Positions 47,614 to 58,110 of a stretch of DNA of 64,000 nucleotides are shown piece after piece. The translations under genes and the position numbers were made by a program. The stretch's first letter is position 1. Each line of letters starts with the position of its first letter. The notes beneath the pieces are model-generated. The model was not told where the DNA came from and made no database searches. It worked only from the letters and a program-made list of their open reading frames with translations. The stretch is from NCBI GenBank assembly GCA_963699755.1, contig CAVOVB010000006.1, positions 1 through 64,000 of the forward strand, read 5' to 3'. This stretch comes from an uncultured delta proteobacterium (GTDB taxonomy: Bacteria > Myxococcota_A > Polyangia > Polyangiales > Houyiibacteriaceae).

Positions 47614-48669
47614 GTGGCACCGGATTTGAGCGAGCGCAGGCACGAGATCGTCTACCGCTGGGACCTGGATAAGACGTACCTTCGGACGGAGTTCGACACG
47701 TTCCGCGACCTCGTTCGCACGGCGTTCGAGCCGGCTTCCCACAAGCGCGCTTATCCGGGCGCGAGCACGCTTTTGCGCGAGATCCGCGCTACCGATCCGG
47801 CGGCTATCTTCATTTTGTCAGGGAGCCCCGAGCAGATGCGCAGTGTTCTCGAGGCCAAGCTCCGGCTCGATGGAATTCGCTGGGATGGTTTCACCCTGAA
47901 GCCGAGCCTGCGGAATCTGGTCCGCGGCAAGTTTCGATTCTTGCGCGATCAGCTGAGCTACAAGCTCACCGCGCTCCTTCGCTCCCGCACCAACGTCTCA
48001 CCCGAGACCGATGAGATCCTATTTGGCGACGACGCAGAGGGAGACGCGTTCATCTATTCGCTCTACGCCGACATCGTAGCCGGCCGCGTAAGCCAGGAGC
48101 TGCTCATGAAGATCGCCGAGGCTGCGGAGGTGTATCCAGAGGACATCCCCGAGCTCGTCCGCATTGCCGCCCGGGTTCCTCGAGGTGACACGGTTCGGCG
48201 GATTTTCATCCACCTCGAGCGCGTCTCTTCGACCGCAGGGTTCGGTGATTTCGGGCGTCGAGTCTGTCCGTTCTACAACTACTTTCAGCCTGCGCTGGTG
48301 TTGCTCGAAGATGGCGCGCTCGATGCCCCGGCCGTGCTGCGGGTCGGTGCCGATCTGGTCGTCGCCCATACGTTCAATCCGGAGGTGCTCGTCGCCAGCT
48401 TCGATGACCTTCGTAGACGGGGCTATCTGAGCAAGAACGTCGTCGACCGAATGTCCGAGATCTCCGATAGCATCCAGGCCTCCACCTTTGGTCAAGCGTC
48501 GGGGCCGCTCCAGTTGCTCGTTCGTGCGATGGGCGCGGCGCGCTCCGATCTACCCGATCAAGTCGAGGCAGGCATCGTCAAGGAGGACTATCTCACGCTC
48601 TTCGCCAAGGACCGATCCCGAGCCAAGGCCGCCAAGCGTCGCGCGCTCTGGACCCGCGAAAGCTCATAG
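47614..48669 (+). CDS. HAD-like (App1/DUF2183-type) phosphatase-domain protein
   Basis: WDLDKTY (DxDxT), LSGSP, LFGDDAEGD; start approximate. Confidence 0.75.
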   Translation: MAPDLSERRHEIVYRWDLDKTYLRTEFDTFRDLVRTAFEPASHKRAYPGASTLLREIRATDPAAIFILSGSPEQMRSVLEAKLRLDGIRWDGFTLKPSLRNLVRGKFRFLRDQLSYKLTALLRSRTNVSPETDEILFGDDAEGDAFIYSLYADIVAGRVSQELLMKIAEAAEVYPEDIPELVRIAARVPRGDTVRRIFIHLERVSSTAGFGDFGRRVCPFYNYFQPALVLLEDGALDAPAVLRVGADLVVAHTFNPEVLVASFDDLRRRGYLSKNVVDRMSEISDSIQASTFGQASGPLQLLVRAMGAARSDLPDQVEAGIVKEDYLTLFAKDRSRAKAAKRRALWTRESS

Positions 48670-48689
48670 CCGGCAGCGCGACTTGCTGC

Positions 48690-49316
48690 TCAGCTGAGCA
48701 TCTCGAGCGCGTCTGCCGCCAGCTCGCCCAGCGTCGTCTTGGTTTCGTCCTCGAAGTCTTCGATGGTCACGACTCGTGGATCGTCCAGGAAGCGTTCGAG
48801 GTCGGAGATCGATTCTGGGTCTTGCAGCTGCGCAAGGGCCTCGATGGCCGCCGCGACGACGTCCGCGTTCGGCTGATCGAGAAAGCGACGAATCAAGGCC
48901 AAGGCGCTGGGCTCAGCGATTTCCGCGAGAACCCAGGGAAGCTCTGACATGGCGGGCCCGTCGGCATTGCGGTCGAGGGCGCGCTCGATGCCACGGGCAA
49001 CCTCGGCATATCGCTCGTACCCTAGGTCTCTCAGGGCTTCGCCTGCCGCAACGCGGACCCTCGGCTCCCCGTCGTTCAAGATGGCGATTAGAGCGTCCGT
49101 CATTCGGGGACCGGGCACCTGCGCGCAGAGGTCGGCCAGGCGTTCGAGCCGCATGGCGCCTTCTTTGCGGTCCTCCATTCCGAGTGCCCGCTCGGTCTCA
49201 CGTTCGAGCAGTGCGACGAGATTCTCGGAGTCCTTGTTCCGAAGCAATTTGATCTCCGCCTCCCGTAGCGCTCGGTCGGCATCGAATATCCGCTGAATCT
49301 CATGGAGAAGTGACAT
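48690..49316 (-). CDS. HEAT-repeat protein
   Basis: LND.EPRVRVAAGEAL, FLD.PNADVVAAAIEALAQL. Confidence 0.8.
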   Translation of the reverse strand: MSLLHEIQRIFDADRALREAEIKLLRNKDSENLVALLERETERALGMEDRKEGAMRLERLADLCAQVPGPRMTDALIAILNDGEPRVRVAAGEALRDLGYERYAEVARGIERALDRNADGPAMSELPWVLAEIAEPSALALIRRFLDQPNADVVAAAIEALAQLQDPESISDLERFLDDPRVVTIEDFEDETKTTLGELAADALEMLS

Positions 49317-52300
49317 CGTTCGAACCATCCTTAGGGGCGTGCTGCCCTTCCGAGCGCATTGGCTCGAGCTCCACGATGAGGGACCGTATTCGATCGACGG
49401 CATCGCCCGATTCCTCATCTCGATAGCGCCGAGTGAGCTTCATGTCAGGTGAAAGGCTCCAGCCAGCGCCCGGCGTCGCGACCAGAGGCATCAGCTTCGC
49501 CGGGTCGAGCGGGGTGTCCTCTCGCAGGTGCAGGGTGACTCGCCTTCGGTCGGCTTCACAACCGAGCGCGCGAAGCTCGCGGAGCAAGGGCTTAACCGAC
49601 ATCACGCGAACAAAGGCACGGGCCGGAGGGGGAGGTGCTCCGAAACGCTCTTCCATCTCGGCTGCGAGATCTTCGACGGACGGCTCGTCTAGAGCGGTAG
49701 CAAAGCGTCGATATAGGGAGAGGCGGAGGCCGATATCGTCGATGTATTCTTCGGGGAGATAGTGTTCGAGCTCAATCGACAGCTCGGGGTCGACCTCCTG
49801 ATGAAGCTCCTCTCCTTTGAGCTCCGAAACGGCTTCATCGAGCATCTGCACGAACATGTCGAAGCCGACGAGCGACGCATTGCCGCTTTGCTCCGAGCCC
49901 AAGAGATTTCCTGCGCCTCGCAGCTCCATGTCGAGCGTCGCCACCCGAAAGCCAGCGCCCAGGCCGGAAAATCGTTCGAGGGCCTCCATTCGAATCCGGG
50001 ACTCTTCGGACATTTGATTGGGTGGGGGCGTGATCAGATAGCAATAGGCGCGTTGGTCCGAGCGGCCTACGCGGCCTCGTAGCTGGTAGACCTGGGCGAG
50101 CCCGAGCGTGTCAGCGCGATCGACCAGAACCGTGTTGGCTCGTGGAATGTCGAGCCCGCTCTCGACGATTGCGGTCGAGCAGAGGACGTCGTAGGCGCCC
50201 TCCACGAAGTCGGTCATCGTCCGGTCTAAAAGGGCGGGCTTCATCTGACCGTGTGCAATGGCGATCCTGGCATTCGGGAGCAGGTCCTGCAGCCGCTGAG
50301 CACGTTCGTACAGGCCTTCGATCCGGTTGTAGACGAAGAACACCTGTCCGCCACGGCTGAGCTCTCGTTCGATGGCCTCCTTGATCAAGTGATCATCCCA
50401 GCGGCAAACGAAAGTTCGGACTGCCCGTCTGTCCTGAGGTGCTGTCGTGATCAACGAGAGGTTTCGCATGCCCCCGACGGCAAGCTGAAGCGTGCGGGGA
50501 ATCGGCGTTGCGCTGAGCGTAATCACGTCGACATTGGTTCGGAGCTTCTTGATCCGCTCTTTGTGAGTGACGCCGAATCGCTGTTCCTCGTCGACCACCA
50601 GGAGCCCGAGCGCCGCGAAGTGCACGTCTTTCGAGAGAATCCGATGGGTTCCGATGACGACGTCCACGGTCCCCTCCTTCAGGCCAGTCAGAACATCGAG
50701 CTGCTTGCTGCGCGGGACGAATCGCGAGAGCACCTCGACGCGAAGCGGGTACCCGTCCAAGCGCGAAGAGAAGGTACGATAGTGTTGCTGCGCCAAGACC
50801 GTGGTCGGGCAGAGGACCGCCACCTGCCTTCCACTCATGGCGACCCGAAACGCGGCGCGAAGCGCGACCTCGGTCTTGCCAAACCCCACATCCCCGCAGA
50901 CCAGACGGTCTGTCGGTTGCGGCTCTTCGAGGTCTGCCATCACATCTTCGATTGCCTTTTCCTGATCTCGGGTTTCCTCGAAGGGGAAGGTGGCCTCGAA
51001 CTCCGCATAAGCGGTTCCCGTGGGTTCGAATGGCTCGCGCCGGACCGCCGTGCGCTCCGCATAGAGCTTCAGAAGTTCCTCGGCCATCTGCTGTACGGCC
51101 TTGCGTACGCGTCCCTTCTTCGTCCCGAACGTGGTGCCGCCCAATCGATCGAGCTTTGGCTGGTGTCCCTCTCCGCCTTTGAACTTCTGGATGACCCCGA
51201 GGCGGGTCACGGGCACGAGCAGCTTGTCGCTGCCGGCGTACTCGACGACCATGACCTCGACGGTCTGCGGGCTGCGACCGTGAAGACGGTCCATCGCGGT
51301 GAGGCTCAGGGCCTTGTGCTCGAGGCCGAGGTACTTGCCCACACCGTGGTCGACGTGGACCACGAAGTCGCCGGGAGCGAGCTCTCGAAGGTCTTCGAGG
51401 AAGCGCTGTTGTTGCCGGCGTGTCTGGCGCTGACCGCGACGCTGCCGCACGCGGGATCCGAAAATCTCTTCCTCGGTGACATAGGCGAGCCCTTCGCTCC
51501 AAAGCACGAACCCGTCGCGAAGCTCCCCGAGGCGTACCTCGTCGAGGATCCGGTTCTCGACTCCGTAGCTCTTGAGCAGATCGATCAAGCGGTCGGCTTG
51601 GTGCCGGGTTCTGCAAACGAGCGGGACTCGTAAGCCTTGCTCGTCCCAGTCCTGGAGTTGGTCGGCCAGCGGTTGCAGCCCTCGATCCCCGTGTCCCTTC
51701 TGCGCGCGCAACTCGGAGATCAGTGCCTGCTGGTCCGACGCGCTCACGCGCATCAGCGTATTCCCCGGCGGAGCGAGCATGGCAATGAGCGGCCCTTCGT
51801 CCTCGCCTGCGGTCCCGTGGACGGCCAGTCGATGCGCCACCAGGATCGGGTGGCTCAGCAGGCGTTCATTGAGCTCTTCCTCGCTCATGTAGTACGCGGA
51901 TAGCTCGAAGGTCGGGCGGCCCCTGCGCGCGGCGTGCTCGTCTTTGGCCTGCTGCCGCTCCGAGCGAACCGAGGCTGCGATGGAAAGCGGGTCGGACGCG
52001 ACCAGGTGCACGTCTTTCGGAAGATAGTCGAAGAGGGTGTCTAGACCATGGAAGTAGGCGGGCAGGAGCGCGTTCGAAATCAAAGCGCCGGAACCGCGGT
52101 CGAGCTCGGCTATCAGCTCGCGCGCCTGCAAGGTGGGCATGTTCATTTCGTCGCAGAGCTCTCGTACGACCTGCTTCGCGCGGGCAATGGCAGCAGGCGT
52201 GTCCGGCACCTCTCGTGCGCTTGCGAGTTGGACCGCGTCGACCTCGTCGGCGCTCTTCTGATCGTCAGGATTGAAACGACGAATCCGCGAAACTAGATCG

Positions 52301-52902
52301 TCGTCTAGCTCGATTCGAAAGGGGAGCGTGGCGTCGGGCCCGTAGACATCGACGAGGGCGCCGCGCGCCGAAAACGTTCCGCGGTCCTCGACCAGGGGAA
52401 CGCGGAGATAACCGAGCTCCAAGAGACGACGCACGAGGTCGTCGCGCTCGAGCTGCTGAGCGATCTCGATCGAAACAAGCCCTGTCTTCACGTGCTCGGA
52501 TGGCGGAACTCGACGCAGGAGCGCAGGCGCCGGAACGATGAGAACACGCCAAGGTGTCTCCTCTGCGAGCAGAGCCAACACGGCCATGCGCTGCATCTCG
52601 GCGCGCCGGTCTGGTACCACGTCGAGAAGTGGGCTGGTATCTGCAGCGGTGAACAGTAGGACGTCTCCACTTTCACCCTGAAGCAGGAAGCGGAGGTTCG
52701 ACTCGTGACGGTAGGCTTCGTCCAGATCTGGAGAAATGATCACGAATCGTCGCTCGGGGTACGCCGAAGCAGCTTCCGCGATCGCCCAGTCGAGCGCACC
52801 TCGAGGGATTGATGCGACGTCGGTCCGATAATTGGATCCGAGAGACTCGACCAGATCACGAATCGATGCGTTCGCGTGTTCTAGAGCCGCTTCAAGCGAC
52901 AT
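49300..52902 (-). CDS. mfd: Transcription-repair coupling factor
   Basis: RGALVD, VVHVDHGVGKY, CGDVGFGKTEVA, DEEQRFG, SATPIPRTL, QLRGRVGRS, TRCF C-domain. Confidence 0.97.
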   Translation of the reverse strand: MSLEAALEHANASIRDLVESLGSNYRTDVASIPRGALDWAIAEAASAYPERRFVIISPDLDEAYRHESNLRFLLQGESGDVLLFTAADTSPLLDVVPDRRAEMQRMAVLALLAEETPWRVLIVPAPALLRRVPPSEHVKTGLVSIEIAQQLERDDLVRRLLELGYLRVPLVEDRGTFSARGALVDVYGPDATLPFRIELDDDLVSRIRRFNPDDQKSADEVDAVQLASAREVPDTPAAIARAKQVVRELCDEMNMPTLQARELIAELDRGSGALISNALLPAYFHGLDTLFDYLPKDVHLVASDPLSIAASVRSERQQAKDEHAARRGRPTFELSAYYMSEEELNERLLSHPILVAHRLAVHGTAGEDEGPLIAMLAPPGNTLMRVSASDQQALISELRAQKGHGDRGLQPLADQLQDWDEQGLRVPLVCRTRHQADRLIDLLKSYGVENRILDEVRLGELRDGFVLWSEGLAYVTEEEIFGSRVRQRRGQRQTRRQQQRFLEDLRELAPGDFVVHVDHGVGKYLGLEHKALSLTAMDRLHGRSPQTVEVMVVEYAGSDKLLVPVTRLGVIQKFKGGEGHQPKLDRLGGTTFGTKKGRVRKAVQQMAEELLKLYAERTAVRREPFEPTGTAYAEFEATFPFEETRDQEKAIEDVMADLEEPQPTDRLVCGDVGFGKTEVALRAAFRVAMSGRQVAVLCPTTVLAQQHYRTFSSRLDGYPLRVEVLSRFVPRSKQLDVLTGLKEGTVDVVIGTHRILSKDVHFAALGLLVVDEEQRFGVTHKERIKKLRTNVDVITLSATPIPRTLQLAVGGMRNLSLITTAPQDRRAVRTFVCRWDDHLIKEAIERELSRGGQVFFVYNRIEGLYERAQRLQDLLPNARIAIAHGQMKPALLDRTMTDFVEGAYDVLCSTAIVESGLDIPRANTVLVDRADTLGLAQVYQLRGRVGRSDQRAYCYLITPPPNQMSEESRIRMEALERFSGLGAGFRVATLDMELRGAGNLLGSEQSGNASLVGFDMFVQMLDEAVSELKGEELHQEVDPELSIELEHYLPEEYIDDIGLRLSLYRRFATALDEPSVEDLAAEMEERFGAPPPPARAFVRVMSVKPLLRELRALGCEADRRRVTLHLREDTPLDPAKLMPLVATPGAGWSLSPDMKLTRRYRDEESGDAVDRIRSLIVELEPMRSEGQHAPKDGSNDVTSP

Positions 52903-54205
52903 CGGGTTGCTTGCCGATGACCTGTCGAATGCGCTGGGCGAGCCATGGAGGCGTCACCACGGTGGTGGCCATCACCATGAGCACGATCGCTGCATAGACG
53001 GCCGGCGCGATCAGCGGTTTGCCCTCGAACTTGATGCCGGCGCCGACGTTGGCGAAGATGAGGCCGACCTCTCCGCGCGGGATCATCCCGATGCCGACTG
53101 TGAGCTTGTCCGCGGCACCCCCGCGAACGCCGAGGCCCGCCACCAGCTTTCCGATGATCGCGACGGCTGTGAGCGCGAGGGCGAGCAGCAGGGGTTCCGT
53201 TCCGATGCCTCCCAGTTGGACCATCATGCCGGTGCGGACGAAGAAGATCGGCGCCATGACGGCGACGATGGGGCCGATGATCTCGGTGAGGTCGTGCGCG
53301 GATTTGCGCCCGAACGGCCTGACGTGGACTTCGTCCAGAACGAGACCTGCGGCGAACGCGCCTACGATGGGCGCGAGGCCCGCCGCGCCAGAGATACCAG
53401 CAAGGAGCAGGCAAAGGCCGATGGCAACGGCGGCGAGGACATCTTGGGTGCGGAGCTTCGATGCGAAACGGAAAACGCCCGGCATCACGTAAGCGCCGAG
53501 AAGCAGCGCGCCGATGAGGAATCCGGCGGCCAGTCCGATGATCCTCGTGAGATCCAGGGGTCCCGGCATCGCGCCGAACTCGGCGATGCTAGCGACCACC
53601 GCTAGGACGATGAGGCCGAGGACGTCGTCGATGACCGCAGCGCCGAGAATGACCCGAGTCTCCGGACGAGCCATTGCATTGAGGTCCTTCAAGACGCGCG
53701 CGGTGATACCAACGCTCGTCGCGCAGAGTGTTGCGCCGATGAAGAGGTGGAGGGAGAACGGCTCGTCGGGGAGCAGCCAAACGCTCACGCCGTACCCAAG
53801 CATCATCGGGGCCAAGACGCCGAGGATGGCGACGAGCCCCGAAGTTGGCGCGACCGCGCGCATTTCGGTGAGCGTCGACTCGAGGCCGACCTCGAAAAGC
53901 AAGAGAACGACGCCGAGCTCCGCGAGAAACTCGACCGGGACGAGCTCAGCCGCGCCCTCGAACGTCCCGATGCCGAACAGATAGAGATTGCCCAGTACGA
54001 TGCCGGCGCAGAGCTCGCCGAGAACGGAGGGCTGGTTCAGTCGGACCGCGACCTCGCCACCGAGCTTTGCGGCGAGGATCATCGCCGCGAGGACGAGCCA
54101 GACCTCGTAGCTCATGCCGTGTCCACTGCCGCTCGCCAGCGCGGTGGCTGGAATTGCGGCGAATAGAATGAAGAGAAGGGAAAAACGAGCCGGTCGGCGG
54201 CGCAT
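52892..54205 (-). CDS. CPA2-family cation:proton antiporter (NapA-like)
   Basis: LLFEVGLE, ATSVGIT, AAVIDD, GMIPRGEVG. Confidence 0.92.
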   Translation of the reverse strand: MRRRPARFSLLFILFAAIPATALASGSGHGMSYEVWLVLAAMILAAKLGGEVAVRLNQPSVLGELCAGIVLGNLYLFGIGTFEGAAELVPVEFLAELGVVLLLFEVGLESTLTEMRAVAPTSGLVAILGVLAPMMLGYGVSVWLLPDEPFSLHLFIGATLCATSVGITARVLKDLNAMARPETRVILGAAVIDDVLGLIVLAVVASIAEFGAMPGPLDLTRIIGLAAGFLIGALLLGAYVMPGVFRFASKLRTQDVLAAVAIGLCLLLAGISGAAGLAPIVGAFAAGLVLDEVHVRPFGRKSAHDLTEIIGPIVAVMAPIFFVRTGMMVQLGGIGTEPLLLALALTAVAIIGKLVAGLGVRGGAADKLTVGIGMIPRGEVGLIFANVGAGIKFEGKPLIAPAVYAAIVLMVMATTVVTPPWLAQRIRQVIGKQPDVA

Positions 54206-54318
54206 CGCGCGGGACCATAGAGAGGCAGGTCCCCTTGGGCAAGGCAGCGATCCTCGGCCTGGCTTGCTTGGGACTGAAGGCTCGGGTAAATGAATGGCCA
54301 TTCAGTCAGAGGAGAACC

Positions 54319-55461
54319 ATGGAACGAAGCCTATTTTCCGAGGAACACGAGATCTTCCGCAGCAACTTCCGACAGTTCGTCGAGACCCGGGTCCTGCCAC
54401 AGCAGGCGAAGTGGCGCACGCAAGGGGTTGTCGACCGCGAGATCTGGCTTGAAGCCGGTGAAGCAGGCTTTCTCTGTCCCTGGATGGAAGAAGAGTACGG
54501 TGGCGCCGGAGGCGACTTCCTTCATTCAGTGGTCGTCATGGAAGAACTGTCGCGAGCCTATGAATCAGGCTGGGCGGCGAGCCTCCACTCCGACATCATC
54601 GTTCCCTACCTGCACTCGTTTGGTACTCAGGAGCAGAAGGCCAGCTGGCTGCCTGGTTGCGCCAGTGGCGAGACGGTCACTGCGGTGGCGATGACGGAGC
54701 CCGGCACTGGCTCCGACCTTGCGGCCATCGCGACCAGCGCAAAGCGCGATGGCGACGAGTACGTGATCAACGGCGCCAAGACTTTCATCTCCAACGGCAT
54801 GAGCTGTGACCTCGTCCTCGTCGCTGCCCGGACCGCGAACTCCGACGATCCGCACCGCAGCGTATCGCTGTTCGTCGTCGAAGGGGACAGACCCGGCTTC
54901 ATCAGGAGCCGCAAGCTCGAAAAGATGGGGATGGAAAGCCAGGACACCGCTGAGCTCGCATTCGACGAGTGTCGGATACCCGCTGAGAACCTGCTCGGTC
55001 AAGAGGGCATGGGCTTCATGATGCTCATGCAGAAGCTCCAGCAGGAGCGTCTCTGCGTCGCGATCCTCTCGCAAGCGAGCGCCGAAAAAGTTCTCGAAGA
55101 TGCAATCGCTTACACGCAAGAGCGCCAGGCCTTCGGTCGCTCGATTTCCAAGTTCCAAAATACGCAGTTCACGCTGGCGCAATGTGCGACCGAGATCGAG
55201 GTGGGTAGGGCATTCTTGGACGCCCTCGTCGCCCAGCACGTTGCGGGGAAGTACCTCGTCAAGGAGTGCTCGATGGCCAAGCTCTGGCAGACCGAAATGC
55301 AGGGCCGAATCGTGGATGCCTGCCTTCAACTCTACGGCGGCTACGGCTATATGCTCGAGTATCCGATCAGCCGTGCATACGTCGATGCGCGCGTGCAGCG
55401 GATCTACGCAGGCACCAACGAGATCATGAAGATGATCATCGCCAAGCAGATGGGCCTGTAG
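54319..55461 (+). CDS. Acyl-CoA dehydrogenase
   Basis: GAGGAG RBS; AMTEPGTGSDL, NGAKTFISNG, RQAFG, GGYGY, IYAGTNEI. Confidence 0.95.
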   Translation: MERSLFSEEHEIFRSNFRQFVETRVLPQQAKWRTQGVVDREIWLEAGEAGFLCPWMEEEYGGAGGDFLHSVVVMEELSRAYESGWAASLHSDIIVPYLHSFGTQEQKASWLPGCASGETVTAVAMTEPGTGSDLAAIATSAKRDGDEYVINGAKTFISNGMSCDLVLVAARTANSDDPHRSVSLFVVEGDRPGFIRSRKLEKMGMESQDTAELAFDECRIPAENLLGQEGMGFMMLMQKLQQERLCVAILSQASAEKVLEDAIAYTQERQAFGRSISKFQNTQFTLAQCATEIEVGRAFLDALVAQHVAGKYLVKECSMAKLWQTEMQGRIVDACLQLYGGYGYMLEYPISRAYVDARVQRIYAGTNEIMKMIIAKQMGL

Positions 55462-55509
55462 GACATTTGATTCTTGACCAACTGTCTATGGTTTGCTTAG
55501 TTCTGCCCT

Positions 55510-55881
55510 GTGGCAACCGAGTCTGATCCTGGTGACGGTAAGGGTCCGGCTGAGGGTGAAAACCCGGAGTCAACGGCGGAATCGGACAGCGGGCCGCGTG
55601 TTAGCCGGATGCGTGTTGGTGGTCAGGATATTCTCGTACTGAGCGTTCCGCTTCCGAAACTGCGCTATCCGGAGGGCACGACATCGGCCGAGCACGAGAT
55701 CATCGACGCGGTGCTCCAAGGCCTTACAGTCAAGGAGATCGCAGAGCAGCGCTGCGCTTCCCTGCGCACTGTGACGACGCAGCTCGGAACGATTTTCAGG
55801 AAGGCTGACGTGAACTCGCAAGCCGAGCTCATCGCGATCATGACCAGCGGCTCAGGAGACGAAGACGCCCACCAGGGCTGA
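55510..55881 (+). CDS. Small LuxR-type HTH regulator
   Basis: TSAEHEI...GLTVKEIA.QR.ASLRTV..QL..IFRK..V.SQAEL. Confidence 0.8.
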   Translation: MATESDPGDGKGPAEGENPESTAESDSGPRVSRMRVGGQDILVLSVPLPKLRYPEGTTSAEHEIIDAVLQGLTVKEIAEQRCASLRTVTTQLGTIFRKADVNSQAELIAIMTSGSGDEDAHQG

Positions 55882-55956
55882 TCTTGCGTACCTCCTCCTC
55901 TTTAAGCCAAGCCGCTTCACTGACTTAGGCCCGCCGTCCGTTCGAGCATCCCGACC

Positions 55957-56004
55957 AAAAAGAGCGACGCGGTCGGTCAGCCCGTTATCCGACCGACCGC
56001 GTCG
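55957..56004 (-). terminator. Rho-independent terminator
   Basis: Perfect 14-bp stem CGACGCGGTCGGTC / GACCGACCGCGTCG (55965-56004) followed on the minus strand by CTCTTTTT. Confidence 0.82.
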
Positions 56005-56106
56005 ATGCCCAACTCAAGAGTCGAGCAGGTAGCTGAGCGCACGATTTGGATCTCTGTCTGCTTAGCCCCTGTTGTCTTCTTCTTAGGTCGTCTGCGCTTT
56101 CTCGTC
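55957..56106 (-). ncRNA. Candidate small RNA or long 3' UTR
   Basis: About 150 nt of purine-rich non-coding minus-strand sequence between an AT-rich tandem repeat and a strong terminator; no family recognised. Confidence 0.3.
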
Positions 56107-56145
56107 CATACGTAATTGTTCACCTTGCATACGTAATTCTTCACC
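56107..56145. promoter_or_regulatory. Tandem 18-bp direct repeat CATACGTAATT(G/C)TTCACC with 21-bp period
   Basis: Copies at 56107-56124 and 56128-56145 with one mismatch; AT-rich in a GC-rich genome. Confidence 0.65.
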
Positions 56146-56192
56146 CAATTCACGGAAAGTCGCGGAGTAGGTGTCGCTTGTTCAGCGCGACG

Positions 56193-57200
56193 TTACGCTC
56201 GAGCCAGCGCTGTAATGAAGGCGGCCAAGCCGGGCCAGGGCATACCCGGCGGCAGGTTGATGATCGGCTGCTCCATGCCGAGCTCGCGCCGCCGCGCGAT
56301 CTCTCGACGGCAGTAGAGAGGATCGCCGGAGATCGTCAGCGCTTCGATCATGTCGTCGGTCACGGCGTCGGGCGCCATCTTGCGCGTCTCTTTGTCGCGG
56401 TAGAGGCGTGCGATCTCGTCGCACTCATCCGCATATCCGAAGCCGCTAAGAAGCTGGTTATAGTAGTCACCCATGCCACCAATGTAAAAAGAGATGATTT
56501 CACGCGCTCTTCTCGAAGCGCCCTTGCCAGGGATCGGAATCACTGTGATGAAAGGCGCGGTTGCGATTCCCTTCGGGTCGCGGCCGGCAATCGCCGCGCC
56601 CTCTGCGATCCATTCGCGGCCATCGCCGAGGCGGTCGTAGGGCCAGAAGATCGGCATCCAGCCGTCCGCCATTTCCCCGATGCTTGTGATCGCCTTTTGC
56701 TTGAGGGCGGCGACGTAAATGGGAATACGGCGGCGCGTGGGCTCGAAGTCCAGCTTGAATGGGCGGTAGCTGCGAAGCTTGGTGTCGGCTTCACTCAGTG
56801 GTCGGCCATCGAGCAGTGTGCGAACGACACGGATCACGTCCCGAGTTTGTGTAAGCGGTTTCTCGAAGTCCCGGCCGTGGAGGCCCTCGATCACGTTCTT
56901 CCCGCTCGTGCCAATCCCGAGGATGAATCGCCCGCCGCTGATCTCATCGAGCGTGCCTGCCTGCATTGCGATGAGCGCCGGCGAACGGCTGAACACGTTG
57001 ATGATGCCGGTTCCGACCTTGATCCGCTTGGTCCTGAGCGCGATTTCGGTCAACAGGGAGAAGACTTCATATCCCCAAACCTCCGGGAGCCAGAACGAGT
57101 CGTATCCGAGTCGGTCCGCCAACACCGCTGCTTTGACGTAGGTCTTACGATCGTAGTCGCGCCAGAAGGCCAGCAGGCCGGTGGATTGCTTGTTCAGCAT
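56193..57200 (-). CDS. LLM-class (luciferase-like) flavin-dependent oxidoreductase
   Basis: [48 protein letters not shown]. Confidence 0.9.
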   Translation of the reverse strand: MLNKQSTGLLAFWRDYDRKTYVKAAVLADRLGYDSFWLPEVWGYEVFSLLTEIALRTKRIKVGTGIINVFSRSPALIAMQAGTLDEISGGRFILGIGTSGKNVIEGLHGRDFEKPLTQTRDVIRVVRTLLDGRPLSEADTKLRSYRPFKLDFEPTRRRIPIYVAALKQKAITSIGEMADGWMPIFWPYDRLGDGREWIAEGAAIAGRDPKGIATAPFITVIPIPGKGASRRAREIISFYIGGMGDYYNQLLSGFGYADECDEIARLYRDKETRKMAPDAVTDDMIEALTISGDPLYCRREIARRRELGMEQPIINLPPGMPWPGLAAFITALARA

Positions 57201-57270
57201 CGCATCACTCCTTGAGCGGGTCATTTAGGTCGGGGAAGGCGTCAGTGCCAGTGTCCTCGCCCGCGGCGAC

Positions 57271-58053
57271 TCACTCCCCCTTGAACTCCGGCCTCCTCTT
57301 TTCGAGGAATGCTCTCACGCCCTCCTTGAAATCCTTGCTCTGGTAGCACTGCTCGATTGATTCCTTGATACGCGCCGTATCTCGTTCGGCTTCGAGCTTG
57401 GCAAGCTCTTGTAGGCTGATCTTGGCGCTGCGAATTGTCAGCGGAGCATTCTTGGCGATCATGTGAGCGAGTCGGTCGACATTTTCGTCGAGGATGCTCT
57501 TCGCGAAGACCTCATTGACGAGTCCAATGTGTCGCGCTTCGGCAGCGCCGATTCGTCGCGCGGTGAACAACAGATCGGCGGCTTCCGAAAAACCGACGAC
57601 GCGGATCAGCGTCTGGATGCCCGCGGTGTGGTATCCGAGTCCCAGGCGGGCCGGCGGAACAGCGAAGAGCGCGTCATCGGCGGCGTAGCGGAGGTCGGCT
57701 GTCAGGGCGATCGCTGCACCGCCGCCGATGCAATAGCCGTGAATCGAAGCGAGCAGCGGCTTTTCTAGCCCCTGCAATGCGGTGAATGCGCGGGCGGTCA
57801 ACGCGTCGTAGCCTCTTCCCGCGTTTCCGGTGCGCGTCTTCTCGAACTCCGAAATGTCGGCGCCCGAGACGAAAGCTTCCGATCCGGCTCCGCGCATGAT
57901 CACGACCCGCACGTCGGCGTCTTTCTCAAGGGTCTTCACTGCGCCGGGGATCGCGTCCCACATGTCGACGCTAATTGCGTTACGGCGCTTTTCGTGGTCG
58001 AAGACCAGGCGCGCAATCGGCCCGTCCCGCTCGATTCTCACCTCACCGTTCAT
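57271..58053 (-). CDS. Enoyl-CoA hydratase/isomerase family protein
   Basis: RNAIS, FVSGADI, GYCIGGG, EGVRAFLEKR.P.F. Confidence 0.92.
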   Translation of the reverse strand: MNGEVRIERDGPIARLVFDHEKRRNAISVDMWDAIPGAVKTLEKDADVRVVIMRGAGSEAFVSGADISEFEKTRTGNAGRGYDALTARAFTALQGLEKPLLASIHGYCIGGGAAIALTADLRYAADDALFAVPPARLGLGYHTAGIQTLIRVVGFSEAADLLFTARRIGAAEARHIGLVNEVFAKSILDENVDRLAHMIAKNAPLTIRSAKISLQELAKLEAERDTARIKESIEQCYQSKDFKEGVRAFLEKRRPEFKGE

Positions 58054-58110
58054 CGGCGCTCAGCCTAGCAGTAAAACCGACGTACGCTCGACCGGTGCCG
58101 CCGCACGAGC

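Noticed and set aside
50251..51633. Long antisense or alternate-frame ORFs (also 4569..5627, 56046..57215, 61571..62530, 3075..3953)
   Set aside because: Shadow ORFs of high-GC coding genes with no recognisable motifs.
56107..56145. Myxobacterial LexA boxes
   Set aside because: Only the GTTCA half matches, in one copy, with several mismatches to the recalled consensus; left as an unassigned operator.
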